A stretch of DNA of 26,067 bases from Helicobacteraceae bacterium (GTDB taxonomy: Bacteria; Campylobacterota; Campylobacteria; Campylobacterales; SZUA-545), in assembly GCA_003250175.1 (NCBI GenBank), contig QKHD01000365.1:1-26067 (forward strand), read 5' to 3'. The number at the start of each line of letters is the position of its first letter. Position 1 is the first letter of the stretch. The notes under the pieces were generated by a model that saw nothing but the letters and a program-made list of their open reading frames with translations, did not search any database and was not told the DNA's origin. Below, piece by piece: positions 1 to 7,835 of this stretch. A program made the translations under genes and the position numbers.

Positions 1-639
1 CATGCCCTTTTTGCCGGCGTGGCGTTTGCCGTATTCGACGATCAGCCCGTGGAACCGGGCGTAGACGGTGACAAGATCGCCGTAACCCTCCCAGCCCAAG
101 ACCTCTTCCAGGTTAGCGTCGATCCCTTCTTGCAGCCAGTTTTGCACCTCGTCGTAATGTTCAAAGGTGTAGCCGAAGGCTTCCAAAAGGCGGACGGTGT
201 AGTTGTCCACTACCATCGCCTCGCGTCCGAGCATGTAGCAGAGAATCGAATCCGCACTCTCCGGACCGATCCCCTTTTGCCGCAGCAGCCAGTCGCGACT
301 GACGTTTTCCATGAAGCTCTCCAGCGAACCGAAATCCTCCAAAATATTGCGGCAAAGAAGGATCAGGCGTTGGGCTTTCTGATTATACAGTCCGCTGGGC
401 ACGATGGCGCTGGCCAGACGCCACTGTTCGGCGGCAAGGAGTTCATTAAGGCCCAGCATACCGAGCCGCTCCATGTGGCCGATGGACTCCTGCACCTTCT
501 CCCAGCGGCTCTGCTGGGTCAGCACCACTTCGACCAAAATCCGAAAGGGGTCGTCATCGGGCCACCAGCGGGGGTGGGTGCTCCAATCAAAAAGCTTAAG
601 TTTTTCCAGGGCGGAGAGCAGGGCGAAGCTGTCGTTCAT
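1..639 (-). CDS. 3-methyladenine DNA glycosylase, HhH-GPD superfamily (MagIII-like); 3' end runs off the window
   Basis: Manual translation from ATG at 639 (ATGA overlap with the ymdB stop): MNDSFALLSALEKLKLFDWSTHPRWWPDDDPFRILVEVVLTQQSRWEKV...SGLYNQKAQRL...LLRQKGIGPESADSILCY..MVVDNYTVR. Contains WWP, the HhH motif (KGIGPESAD) and VVD. Open to position 1; absent from the ORF track. Confidence 0.85.
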   Translation of the reverse strand, partial: MNDSFALLSALEKLKLFDWSTHPRWWPDDDPFRILVEVVLTQQSRWEKVQESIGHMERLGMLGLNELLAAEQWRLASAIVPSGLYNQKAQRLILLCRNILEDFGSLESFMENVSRDWLLRQKGIGPESADSILCYMLGREAMVVDNYTVRLLEAFGYTFEHYDEVQNWLQEGIDANLEEVLGWEGYGDLVTVYARFHGLIVEYGKRHAGKKGM

Positions 640-1445
640 AGGCGATAAGCCTGCAGGGTGGTCTGGGCAGGCTCCTTGTCATAGGCTTTGATTTTAAAGG
701 CGTCGGTGCAGACTCCGCTGTCAAGATCGGCGACAATGGCCTGAAAAATGGTGCGGCAGGTTTTGGGAATGTCGAAGCTCTTTTTAATGCCCGTGGTAAA
801 ACGGTAGAGGGGCGCGTTTTTCTCCACCCCGATCACCCCGTCAAAGCAGCCCGTCAGCCCCACGTCGGTGACGTAGCCCGTGCCCTGGTGAATAAGCAGG
901 TCGTCGGTGCCCACGTGGGTGTGGGTTCCGGCAATGAGGCTGACCTGACCCGCCAACAGGTGGAGCATGCCGTTTTTCTCGCTGGTCGTTTCGGCGTGGA
1001 AGTCGATGAAGATGTTGGTGATGCCCTCATTCCGGAGGCGTTCGACCTCGGCCTTGGCCATGTTGAAGGGGTTTTCCACCATGCCCATGGAGTAGTGCCC
1101 CAGCAGGTTGATGACGGCAAGCTTTTCGCCCTGGGCTTCCAGCACCAACGTGCCCCGGCCGGGGAGTCCTTGGGGGAAGTTGAGGGGGCGGAGAATGGGG
1201 TAGCGGTCAAAGAGGGCGGTGATCTCTTTTTTATCCCAGGAGTGGTTGCCGCCGGTAAAGCAGTCGATACCACACGCCGCCAGCTCCTGGGTCGATTTGG
1301 CCGTCATGCCGAACCCGTGGGAGAGGTTTTCGCCGTTGACGATCACCAGGTCAATCCCCAGGTCGGCACGGAGGCGGGGCAGGTGGTATTTGAGCGCCTC
1401 ACGGCCCGGTCGTCCCACCACGTCGCCCACAAAAAGAATACGCAC
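636..1445 (-). CDS. ymdB: YmdB/TIGR00282-family metallophosphoesterase
   Basis: Motifs GDVVG, NGEN, TGGNH, DFHAETTSEK, GTHTHV, DVGLTG. GTG start with a GGGGG SD-like run. Confidence 0.9.
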   Translation of the reverse strand: MRILFVGDVVGRPGREALKYHLPRLRADLGIDLVIVNGENLSHGFGMTAKSTQELAACGIDCFTGGNHSWDKKEITALFDRYPILRPLNFPQGLPGRGTLVLEAQGEKLAVINLLGHYSMGMVENPFNMAKAEVERLRNEGITNIFIDFHAETTSEKNGMLHLLAGQVSLIAGTHTHVGTDDLLIHQGTGYVTDVGLTGCFDGVIGVEKNAPLYRFTTGIKKSFDIPKTCRTIFQAIVADLDSGVCTDAFKIKAYDKEPAQTTLQAYRL

Positions 1446-1468
1446 GCCGGCCCCCTTGTTTTTGCGTA

Positions 1469-1477
1469 ATTATAGCA
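1469..1477 (-). promoter_or_regulatory. Extended -10 promoter (TGCTATAAT) for ymdB-magIII
   Basis: Plus-strand ATTATAGCA reads TGCTATAAT on minus, a perfect TGnTATAAT about 24 nt upstream of the GTG. Confidence 0.7.
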
Positions 1478-1489
1478 CGGGGGACTAAA

Positions 1490-3040
1490 TCACTTTGCCT
1501 CGGCCGTCAATCTGCGCTGCCAGACGGAATGCAGGGCGTTGGCGGCCAGGCGTCTGGCGGTGAAATAGGCCAGAGCCGAAAAGCACAATCCAAAAAGCGC
1601 AGCGGCAAGATCAACCCCCAAGGCCGCGGCGGAACGGGGCGCCCAAAGCAGCTCCGGAAAGAGCGGAGCCAAAAGCGACTGCATCGGAACGGCAAAGCAG
1701 GCGAGCGCGATCAGCCCCAGCAGATCCACCGCCGCGTTCCCCGCCCCACGGTAAAAGCTCCAGGCGACGGCGGCGAGGAAGAGGGTGTAGTAGAGGGGAA
1801 AGTACCAATCCGTCACGCCCGACCCGCTCAGCCACTTGGTTGCGGCTAGAGCCACGGCGACACCCAGCACGCTGCCCAGCGTGACCCCGATGCTCAGTGA
1901 TGCCAAAGCGGCAACGTGGCGGTTGGGGGATTTTTTCTGTCGGGAGATGATCCAGAGCAGGTTGCCGCTGTAAAAGAGCACGGCACCCGCCAGACCCAAA
2001 ACGAAGTAGACCCAGCGGATCAGGTCACCCCCGAAGCTGCCGAAGTGCAGGGCAAAAAAGGTCCCCACCGTGGCGCCCCAGCCGCTTTCGCTTCCCGGAA
2101 GCATCTGCGCGTCCAGAACCGCTCCGGAGTAGGGGTCGATGATGGCAAACCCCTCCATGGCGCCACGCACCATGTAGCGAGGGTCGGTTCCGCCCATCCG
2201 GAGCATGGGGCGCTGACCGTCCAGTCCGCGGTAGAGCATGCGGGTGGGGGTAAACTCCGGAGCAAGCGCACGGACGTTTTCCAGTACGGTGGTCATGGAG
2301 GCCAGGGGCTTGGGCTGCGGCGGGGCAGCCGGGCGCGACTTGGCCTGGGGCGCTCGCTCGGGCATCACCACCTTGCCGAGAGCATCATAAAAAAGATCGT
2401 GAAAGGCAAAGACAATCACCGTCAAGGCGATGACAAAGTGAAAGGGGATCGACCCCAGACCCAGCAGAACGTGCACATCGAGCCAGCGGCGTTTTTCCCT
2501 TTTTTCGATCCGGAGGGCAAAGAGGTCGCGCCACCAGTTTTTCAGGATAATCACCACGCCGGAGACGAGGGCCAGAAAATAGAGCATGGAGGCGACCCCC
2601 ATGACATAGACCCCCAGATGGTCGTGGCCGTTTTCAAAACTTCCGGGGATTCCGGCGGTTTGGTGGAGCAGGTCGATCAGCTCCGCCAAACGGCTGGGCT
2701 CGGCCTGTGTGACCGCGATGGAGCCGTCCGGAGCGTAATCGGCGCGGAATGTTCCGTGGTCCCAGACCAGGGGGGCGACGGCGTTTTCCGTGGTGCGGAA
2801 ATCGACATTCAGCCCCTTGGCCGCATCGGGATAATGGGTAACGACGTGGGCGATGAGACGGTCCATATCCTGCAGGGAGAGGGGGGCGCTCTGGGGGGCC
2901 GGGGGTGTGGCCCAGCGGTCGATGGCGTCCTTAAACATGGTGAGGCTTCCGGCGTAAAAACCGATAAAGAGCACCAGTCCGGAGAGGATGCCCACCCAGG
3001 TGTGAAGGGTCAGGTAGCTGTACAGGGTTTGTGGTTTCAT
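1490..3040 (-). CDS. PepSY-associated TM helix protein (FoxB/PiuB-like iron-regulated membrane protein)
   Basis: 516 aa. LHTWVG at the N-terminus, His-bearing TM segments (LHQTAG, WLDVHVLLG, ALHFGSFGG), periplasmic DPYSG PepSY-like segment, many TM helices. Confidence 0.85.
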   Translation of the reverse strand: MKPQTLYSYLTLHTWVGILSGLVLFIGFYAGSLTMFKDAIDRWATPPAPQSAPLSLQDMDRLIAHVVTHYPDAAKGLNVDFRTTENAVAPLVWDHGTFRADYAPDGSIAVTQAEPSRLAELIDLLHQTAGIPGSFENGHDHLGVYVMGVASMLYFLALVSGVVIILKNWWRDLFALRIEKREKRRWLDVHVLLGLGSIPFHFVIALTVIVFAFHDLFYDALGKVVMPERAPQAKSRPAAPPQPKPLASMTTVLENVRALAPEFTPTRMLYRGLDGQRPMLRMGGTDPRYMVRGAMEGFAIIDPYSGAVLDAQMLPGSESGWGATVGTFFALHFGSFGGDLIRWVYFVLGLAGAVLFYSGNLLWIISRQKKSPNRHVAALASLSIGVTLGSVLGVAVALAATKWLSGSGVTDWYFPLYYTLFLAAVAWSFYRGAGNAAVDLLGLIALACFAVPMQSLLAPLFPELLWAPRSAAALGVDLAAALFGLCFSALAYFTARRLAANALHSVWQRRLTAEAK

Positions 3041-3049
3041 GAGGTCTCC

Positions 3050-3334
3050 TTAACCGACAACGCGGGTGAGCGTCAGCATGGCCAAGAGCACCAGGCTGGC
3101 GGGAAGATAGAGCTTGAGGGCTTTTGGGACACTCTCAAACACATAGACCGCCGACCAGATGGAGAGCCACAAGGGGGCGATCAGCCACATCACCAGCTGA
3201 ATCTTCACCGGGGCATCCGGAGCCTCCGGCGTCAGCCAGGCAAAGATACCGCTGAGAAAGAGTGCCATGGCAAAGCCCAGCACGATGCCGACAGCGCTCA
3301 GCCCCATCCAGGTGGCAAAGGATTTATTCGTCAT
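3050..3334 (-). CDS. Small 3-TM membrane protein of the type found beside PepSY-TM genes
   Basis: 94 aa, hydrophobic. Overlaps the upstream gene; an AGGAG SD for the PepSY gene follows it. Confidence 0.65.
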   Translation of the reverse strand: MTNKSFATWMGLSAVGIVLGFAMALFLSGIFAWLTPEAPDAPVKIQLVMWLIAPLWLSIWSAVYVFESVPKALKLYLPASLVLLAMLTLTRVVG

Positions 3335-3593
3335 GGCTGCCTCCCGCTTGGCGCCACAGCCCCAAAAAAGGAAGCAGCATGAAAAAAAACATGAGCAGGG
3401 TCAGGGTGATAAAAAAAGCACTTTTCGGGGTATAAAAGCTGCTCCAGGCCCAAAGGGAGAGGGCCGCAAGCACGAGGGAAACCCAGCGGGCGGGGTGGGC
3501 GGACAGCGGGGCGCTGAGCCACCGCTGTTTCGGAAAGCTGAGGTAGAAAAAAATCGCCGATCCCAGCGTGGAAAAAAAGGCAAATACAAGCAC
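3324..3593 (-). CDS. Small 3-TM membrane protein (DUF3325-like)
   Basis: 89 aa, hydrophobic, with YLSFPKQRWL. GTG start 5 nt after AAGGAG. First gene of the operon. Confidence 0.65.
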   Translation of the reverse strand: MLVFAFFSTLGSAIFFYLSFPKQRWLSAPLSAHPARWVSLVLAALSLWAWSSFYTPKSAFFITLTLLMFFFMLLPFLGLWRQAGGSHDE

Positions 3594-3594
3594 A

Positions 3595-3634
3595 TAGACT
3601 CCTTAATTAAATAGGAATAAAAAGGGGGAGTCTA
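3595..3634 (-). promoter_or_regulatory. 5' leader inverted repeat that can sequester the SD of the PepSY operon
   Basis: TAGACTCC (3595-3602) and GGAGTCTA (3627-3634) form a perfect 8-bp inverted repeat. On the minus-strand mRNA one arm includes GGAG of the SD. Confidence 0.5.
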
Positions 3635-3643
3635 ACATATAAT

Positions 3644-3662
3644 AATTTTGATAATCATTATA
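3644..3662. promoter_or_regulatory. Fur box overlapping a minus-strand -10 (TATAAT at 3657-3662)
   Basis: AATTTTGATAATCATTATA matches 15/19 of GATAATGATAATCATTATC, with 12 contiguous matches. Lies upstream of an iron-regulated-type operon. Confidence 0.8.
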
Positions 3663-3774
3663 GATATTGAAGCAGATTGTGGAAAAAATCTTTCTGCAAG
3701 AGGGTTTAAACCCCTTCCCAATTAATCTTTTGTGTGTAATAATGCATAGTGTTACACCATTAAAGGAGCACAAT

Positions 3775-4308
3775 ATGAACACAAGTATTGTTAGCAGAAG
3801 AATCGAACTGACAGATCCCATCCGGGAGTATATTGAATCTGCCATGTCCCAACTCGACAAATATAATCTGGACATCATCGCCATCAAAGCGATCATTTCC
3901 GATGCCAAAAAGGAAAAGAAAGAAGCTTTTGAAATTGAATTCACTATTCAGCTCGCGGGCCGTGATACGGTTGTAATCAAACAGGTCGACAAAGACCTCT
4001 ACGCCGCTATCGACATCGCCATCGAACGGGCTAAAAAAGTCCTTCGCCGCTATAAGGAGAAGGTCAATAACAAAATCCACAGTCATACCAACGAAAAGAC
4101 TCCGGACAACGACATTCCCCAGCTTTATAGCGACGTCGAAGACGGCGAAATCGTGCCCAGCGCCCTGGACATCGACAAGCCCGTTGATGTCGAAGAGGCC
4201 CTGGAATTTATTAAAAAGGGCAACATGATGTTTGTCGTTTTTGACGACATGGACGGCAAACGCCGAACCCTCTACCGCCGTAAAGACGGCCGGTTCGGTC
4301 TCTATTAA
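3775..4308 (+). CDS. hpf: Ribosome hibernation promoting factor, long form (HPF/RaiA with S30EA C-terminal domain)
   Basis: Start moved to ATG 3775 (AAAGGAG SD). MNTSIVSRRIELTDPIREYI...DKDLYAAIDIAIERAKKVLRRYKEK; C-terminal KPVDVEEA...FVVF...LYRRKDGRFGLY. Confidence 0.9.
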   Translation: MNTSIVSRRIELTDPIREYIESAMSQLDKYNLDIIAIKAIISDAKKEKKEAFEIEFTIQLAGRDTVVIKQVDKDLYAAIDIAIERAKKVLRRYKEKVNNKIHSHTNEKTPDNDIPQLYSDVEDGEIVPSALDIDKPVDVEEALEFIKKGNMMFVVFDDMDGKRRTLYRRKDGRFGLY

Positions 4309-4316
4309 TCCCTTCT

Positions 4317-4336
4317 TCCGCGCCTTCGGGTGCGGA
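4317..4336 (+). other. Stable C(UUCG)G hairpin between hpf and the DUF523 gene
   Basis: TCCGCGCC-TTCG-GGTGCGGA: 8-bp stem with one G-U pair and a UUCG tetraloop. No U-tract follows, so not a classical terminator. Confidence 0.6.
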
Positions 4337-4344
4337 GCCTTCCC

Positions 4345-4812
4345 ATGCATCAACCCCCACTTCTTATCAGCGCCTGCCTCCTTGGTGACAAGGTCAAATA
4401 TGACGGCGGCGACAATCGTCTCAGCATTGCCGATCTGAAACAGCTCTCTACCGTTGCGACCCTTTTTCCCGTATGTCCGGAGGTTTCCGGAGGGCTTGGT
4501 ACGCCCCGAATACCTGCGGAAATGCGGGACGGCCGGGTGATGAATGCGCAGGGCGAAGAGGTGACCGCCGCCTTTGAATCCGGAGCCGAAGCGGCCCTGG
4601 ATGTGGTGAAAGAGCACGGCATCAAGGCGGCACTCTTAAAGGAACGCAGCCCTTCGTGCGGGGTGCATGAAATCTACGACGGGAGCTTCAGCAAGAGCAA
4701 AATCGTGGGAAAAGGGGTGGCGGCTCTGGCCTTGGAAAGGGCAGGCGTACGGCTTTTTAATGAAAATGAAATCCCCGAATGTATAGAGTATCTACAACAA
4801 ATCAAGGAGTAA
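4345..4812 (+). CDS. DUF523 family protein (2-thiouracil desulfurase TudS-like, [4Fe-4S])
   Basis: Three Cys motifs ISACLLG, PVCPEV..GL.TPR.P.E and LKERSPSCG. Start set at ATG 4345, with GGAG 7 nt upstream. Confidence 0.85.
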   Translation: MHQPPLLISACLLGDKVKYDGGDNRLSIADLKQLSTVATLFPVCPEVSGGLGTPRIPAEMRDGRVMNAQGEEVTAAFESGAEAALDVVKEHGIKAALLKERSPSCGVHEIYDGSFSKSKIVGKGVAALALERAGVRLFNENEIPECIEYLQQIKE

Positions 4813-4815
4813 ATC

Positions 4816-5016
4816 ATGATCAAGTTTCTTATTCTCGTTATTATCGTTGCGGTGGGCGCCGCTTACTATATGGGCTTTTTTACCATGGACGACAGCCCCA
4901 AGGACATGATGGAAAAAGTCCAGAGCGCCGCATCGGAAAAACTGGACGGTATCGCGGACGACGCCAAGGAAAAACTCTCCGAGAAAATTGACGAAGCCAA
5001 AGAAGCGGTCAAGTAA
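4816..5016 (+). CDS. Small membrane-anchored protein with a charged amphipathic tail
   Basis: 66 aa. N-terminal hydrophobic helix, then K/E/D/A-rich helices. AAGGAG SD; tightly packed in the operon. Confidence 0.75.
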   Translation: MIKFLILVIIVAVGAAYYMGFFTMDDSPKDMMEKVQSAASEKLDGIADDAKEKLSEKIDEAKEAVK

Positions 5017-5019
5017 GCG

Positions 5020-5715
5020 GTGGCGACGGTTCTTATTACCGGCGGCAACCGCGGCATCGGCCTGGAGGTCACCCGCCGTTTCGTAGCAAGGGGCGATCAG
5101 GTGGTCGTCGTGGCGCGAAACTTCGAAGGGTTTGCCTTGGCCGAACACCCGCAGGTGCGCTGCATCACGGCTGACCTGAGCGAAATCGACCGGCTTCCGG
5201 AGCTTATGGCCGCCATCGGCGCGGTGGACGTGCTGATCAACAACGCGGGCGTGATGTTTTCCATTCCTCCGGAGGCCTATACGGAGGAGAAAAAATCCCA
5301 GATGCTGCGCCTCAACCTCGAAGCCCCCGTGGCGCTGATGCAGTTGGCCATCGAAGGGATGAAAGCCAAGGGCGGCCGGATCGTCAACAACGCCTCTATC
5401 GCCGGACAGATCGGCCACCCCGATATCTGGTACGGCATGACCAAGGCGGCGCTCATTAACGCGACCAAGAGCTTTGCCAAGCTCTATGGCAAGAATGGCA
5501 TCATTATCAACGCCGTCGCCCCCAGCCCCGTGGAGACGGACATGCTCGAAGTCATTCCCAAGGCGCGGCGCGACGCCTTTTTGCAGACGGTCATCTCCGG
5601 ACGTTTCGCCAGGGCTGACGAAGTAGCCGACGCCATCTTCTGGCTGGCGACGGACGCTCCGGAATATATCAACGGTTCTACCATCGACCTGAACGATGGC
5701 TCGTTTCCCCGATAA
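5020..5715 (+). CDS. Classical short-chain dehydrogenase/reductase
   Basis: TGGNRGIG, NNAG, catalytic S (NASIAG) and YxxxK (YGMTK), NAVAPSPVETDM. Confidence 0.9.
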   Translation: MATVLITGGNRGIGLEVTRRFVARGDQVVVVARNFEGFALAEHPQVRCITADLSEIDRLPELMAAIGAVDVLINNAGVMFSIPPEAYTEEKKSQMLRLNLEAPVALMQLAIEGMKAKGGRIVNNASIAGQIGHPDIWYGMTKAALINATKSFAKLYGKNGIIINAVAPSPVETDMLEVIPKARRDAFLQTVISGRFARADEVADAIFWLATDAPEYINGSTIDLNDGSFPR

Positions 5716-5716
5716 G

Positions 5717-6328
5717 ATGGCGACGATCATTCTTATGCGGCACGGCCGTGTCAAACTGACCATGCCGGAGCGTATTGCTTCGGCGGAGTTTCCCAAATGG
5801 GTCAAGGCCTATGATCATGCGGGTGTCTTTCCGGAGGCTCCGGAGGCGAGCCACCGGGCGCTTTTGGAGTCAGCCGGCGTGGTGTGCAGCGGGCTGACTC
5901 GCTCGGTGGTCTCCGCCCAGGTGTGCGGGATTACACCCCTGGGGCGTGAGAGCATCTTTAACGAAGCGAAAATCCCCTGGAAACGGATTCCGCTGGTTCG
6001 CCTGCGGCCCAAGACCTGGACGGGGCTCTTTCGGTTTTTCTGGTTTCTGGGCTTTCAAAATCACGCCGAATCCCTGACCCACGCCCGCCACCGCGCCAAG
6101 GTGGGGAGTGCCTATCTGGACAAACTGGCCAAGGAGAAGGGCAGCGTCACCCTGATCGGTCACGGCGTCATGAACCGTCTGCTTGCCTGGGAGCTTCGGC
6201 GCCTGGGATGGAAAGAGGTGCAAAAGCCGGGCCCCGAACACTGGGCTTATGGCGTTTACGAATACAAAGGAAAAAATAATGGGAAAACAATACCGCTACC
6301 TGAAAGAGATGGACCAGGCGTTCATTAA
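5717..6328 (+). CDS. Histidine phosphatase family protein
   Basis: MATIILMRHG (RHG motif) and LIGHG second His. Start set at ATG 5717. The 3' 50 nt overlap the next gene. Confidence 0.8.
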   Translation: MATIILMRHGRVKLTMPERIASAEFPKWVKAYDHAGVFPEAPEASHRALLESAGVVCSGLTRSVVSAQVCGITPLGRESIFNEAKIPWKRIPLVRLRPKTWTGLFRFFWFLGFQNHAESLTHARHRAKVGSAYLDKLAKEKGSVTLIGHGVMNRLLAWELRRLGWKEVQKPGPEHWAYGVYEYKGKNNGKTIPLPERDGPGVH

Positions 6329-6818
6329 AGAACAAAAACTCTTCTACATGGCCAGCTGCAGCGGCCAGGAGGTCAACCTCTCGCCCAAGGGCTACGACTC
6401 GATCCGGGTGATCGACCGCGAAACTCTGGTCTACATGGACTATCCCGGCAGCGGCAACCGCACCGCCCGCGACATTGCCGCCGGGGGCGACGTGACCGTG
6501 GTCTTTAACGCCTTCGAGGGCAAGCCAAAAATTCTGCGACTCTTTTGCAAAGGCGAGCTGATCAATCCGGAGCATCCGGAGTTTGGTACATTGGCCGCCG
6601 CCTTTAACGTGCCGCTGGTCTCCCTTCGGCGCCTCATTCGCCTGCATATTTACGCGGTGGAGTCGAGCTGCGGGATGTCGGTTCCCCGGATGCGTTACGA
6701 AGAAGACCGTAACGAGCTCAGGGACTGGGCCGTGAAAAAAGGAACAGACGGCTCTATCCACGAATACAACCGAGACCATGCGACCCCTCCGGATTTACAT
6801 CATCTAAAGGAAGAGTGA
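6279..6818 (+). CDS. Pyridoxamine 5'-phosphate oxidase-like FMN-binding protein
   Basis: FYMASC...VNLSPKG.D.IRV...YMDYPGSGN.TA...VFNAFEGKPKILRLFCKG and SSCGMSVP. ATG 6279 with AAAGGA SD. Confidence 0.85.
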   Translation: MGKQYRYLKEMDQAFIKEQKLFYMASCSGQEVNLSPKGYDSIRVIDRETLVYMDYPGSGNRTARDIAAGGDVTVVFNAFEGKPKILRLFCKGELINPEHPEFGTLAAAFNVPLVSLRRLIRLHIYAVESSCGMSVPRMRYEEDRNELRDWAVKKGTDGSIHEYNRDHATPPDLHHLKEE

Positions 6819-7591
6819 TGACTTTGAAGATGTATCAGGTCGATGCCTTTGCGTCGACCCCTTTTACAGGAAATCCCGCTGCCGTCGTTCCGCTGCAAAA
6901 CTGGCTGCCTGATGCACTGATGCAGCAGATCGCCCTGGAAAACAATCTGAGCGAAACGGCATTTTTCGTCCCTGAGGGTTCCGGATACCATATCCGCTGG
7001 TTCACCCCGACGGCGGAGGTCAAACTCTGCGGCCACGCGACGCTGGCTACGGCCTTTGTGATTGCCTCCTTTGTCTCTCCCGGTGCGAGCCGTATGGTGT
7101 TTGACTCCCTCAGCGGCGAGCTGCGGGTCGAGCGGGAGGGCGAACGCTACTATCTCGATTTTCCCGCGCAACCGCCGGTTCGCTGTGACGATCCGGAGGC
7201 GGTACGGCTTTTTGGCCCGGATGCGGAGGTTTACGGTGGCGATGATTACCTGCTGGTGCTTTCTTGCGAAGCGGATGTCATCCACTACATTCCGGATATG
7301 GCGGCGCTCAAAACGATGACAAAACGGGGCCTGATTATTACCGCCCCGGGAAAAACCAAGGATTTTGTCTGTAGATTTTTCGCTCCCGCTATCGGAATCG
7401 ATGAAGACCCGGTGACGGGTTCGGCCTTTACTCGGCTGATTCCCTATTGGAACAAACGTCTGGGGAAAACAACCATGCAGGCCAGACAGGTCTCAACCCG
7501 CGGCGGTGACGTGGCGTGCGAGATAAGAGGCGAACGCGTCCGGATCGGGGGCGAGGCGGTACTTTATTTAACAGGCAGCATAAATGTCTAA
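6818..7591 (+). CDS. PhzF-family isomerase/epimerase
   Basis: YQVDAF...GNPAAV, NLSETAF, IRWFTP..EV.LCGHATLA, RFFAP..GI.EDPVTGSA. Alternative start GTG 6815. Confidence 0.9.
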   Translation: MTLKMYQVDAFASTPFTGNPAAVVPLQNWLPDALMQQIALENNLSETAFFVPEGSGYHIRWFTPTAEVKLCGHATLATAFVIASFVSPGASRMVFDSLSGELRVEREGERYYLDFPAQPPVRCDDPEAVRLFGPDAEVYGGDDYLLVLSCEADVIHYIPDMAALKTMTKRGLIITAPGKTKDFVCRFFAPAIGIDEDPVTGSAFTRLIPYWNKRLGKTTMQARQVSTRGGDVACEIRGERVRIGGEAVLYLTGSINV

Positions 7592-7835
7592 GTTGCTGGT
7601 GTTTTTTTTCTTGCTGTTGAATTTCGTATGGGCCGCTCAAAGTGAGCTAAATGAAAAACGTGACTGTATCACGATTCTTAAAGAGATCGAAGCACTTGAA
7701 AAAGAAAAACGGGCCGATACGATCAACCGAATCGGCCATTTTGTCTTTGGCAGTATTCTTTATACCAGTGACAAGGAGTTAGAGGAGCAGCTCAAACTCT
7801 TAAGATTGGAACTACAGGGCTGTGAATCCCGGTAG
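7584..7835 (+). CDS. Hypothetical secreted small protein (Sec signal, two Cys)
   Basis: 83 aa. Signal peptide ending VWA, Cys28 and Cys80, two coiled-coil-like helices. Lower GC than neighbours. Confidence 0.6.
   Translation: MSKLLVFFFLLLNFVWAAQSELNEKRDCITILKEIEALEKEKRADTINRIGHFVFGSILYTSDKELEEQLKLLRLELQGCESR

Noticed and set aside
19-648. 209-aa plus-strand ORF from the track
   Set aside because: Antisense shadow of the minus-strand glycosylase, which has clear family motifs.
2875-2905. G-quadruplex-like run GGG-aga-G6-cgctct-G6-cc-G5
   Set aside because: Explained by Pro codons of the TPPAPQSAPL linker on the opposite strand. Runs are too short (6 or less) for typical Campylobacterota poly-G phase variation.
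3595-3634. TAGAC...GTCTA arms resembling the TetR operator half-sites
   Set aside because: The arms are 24 nt apart rather than 4, so treated as an RNA hairpin, not an operator.
3667-3774. 36-aa N-terminal extension of the hpf ORF
   Set aside because: Covers the promoter region; a strong SD precedes ATG 3775. Similar over-long starts were trimmed for fur, lysS, cvpA, mqnC and others.
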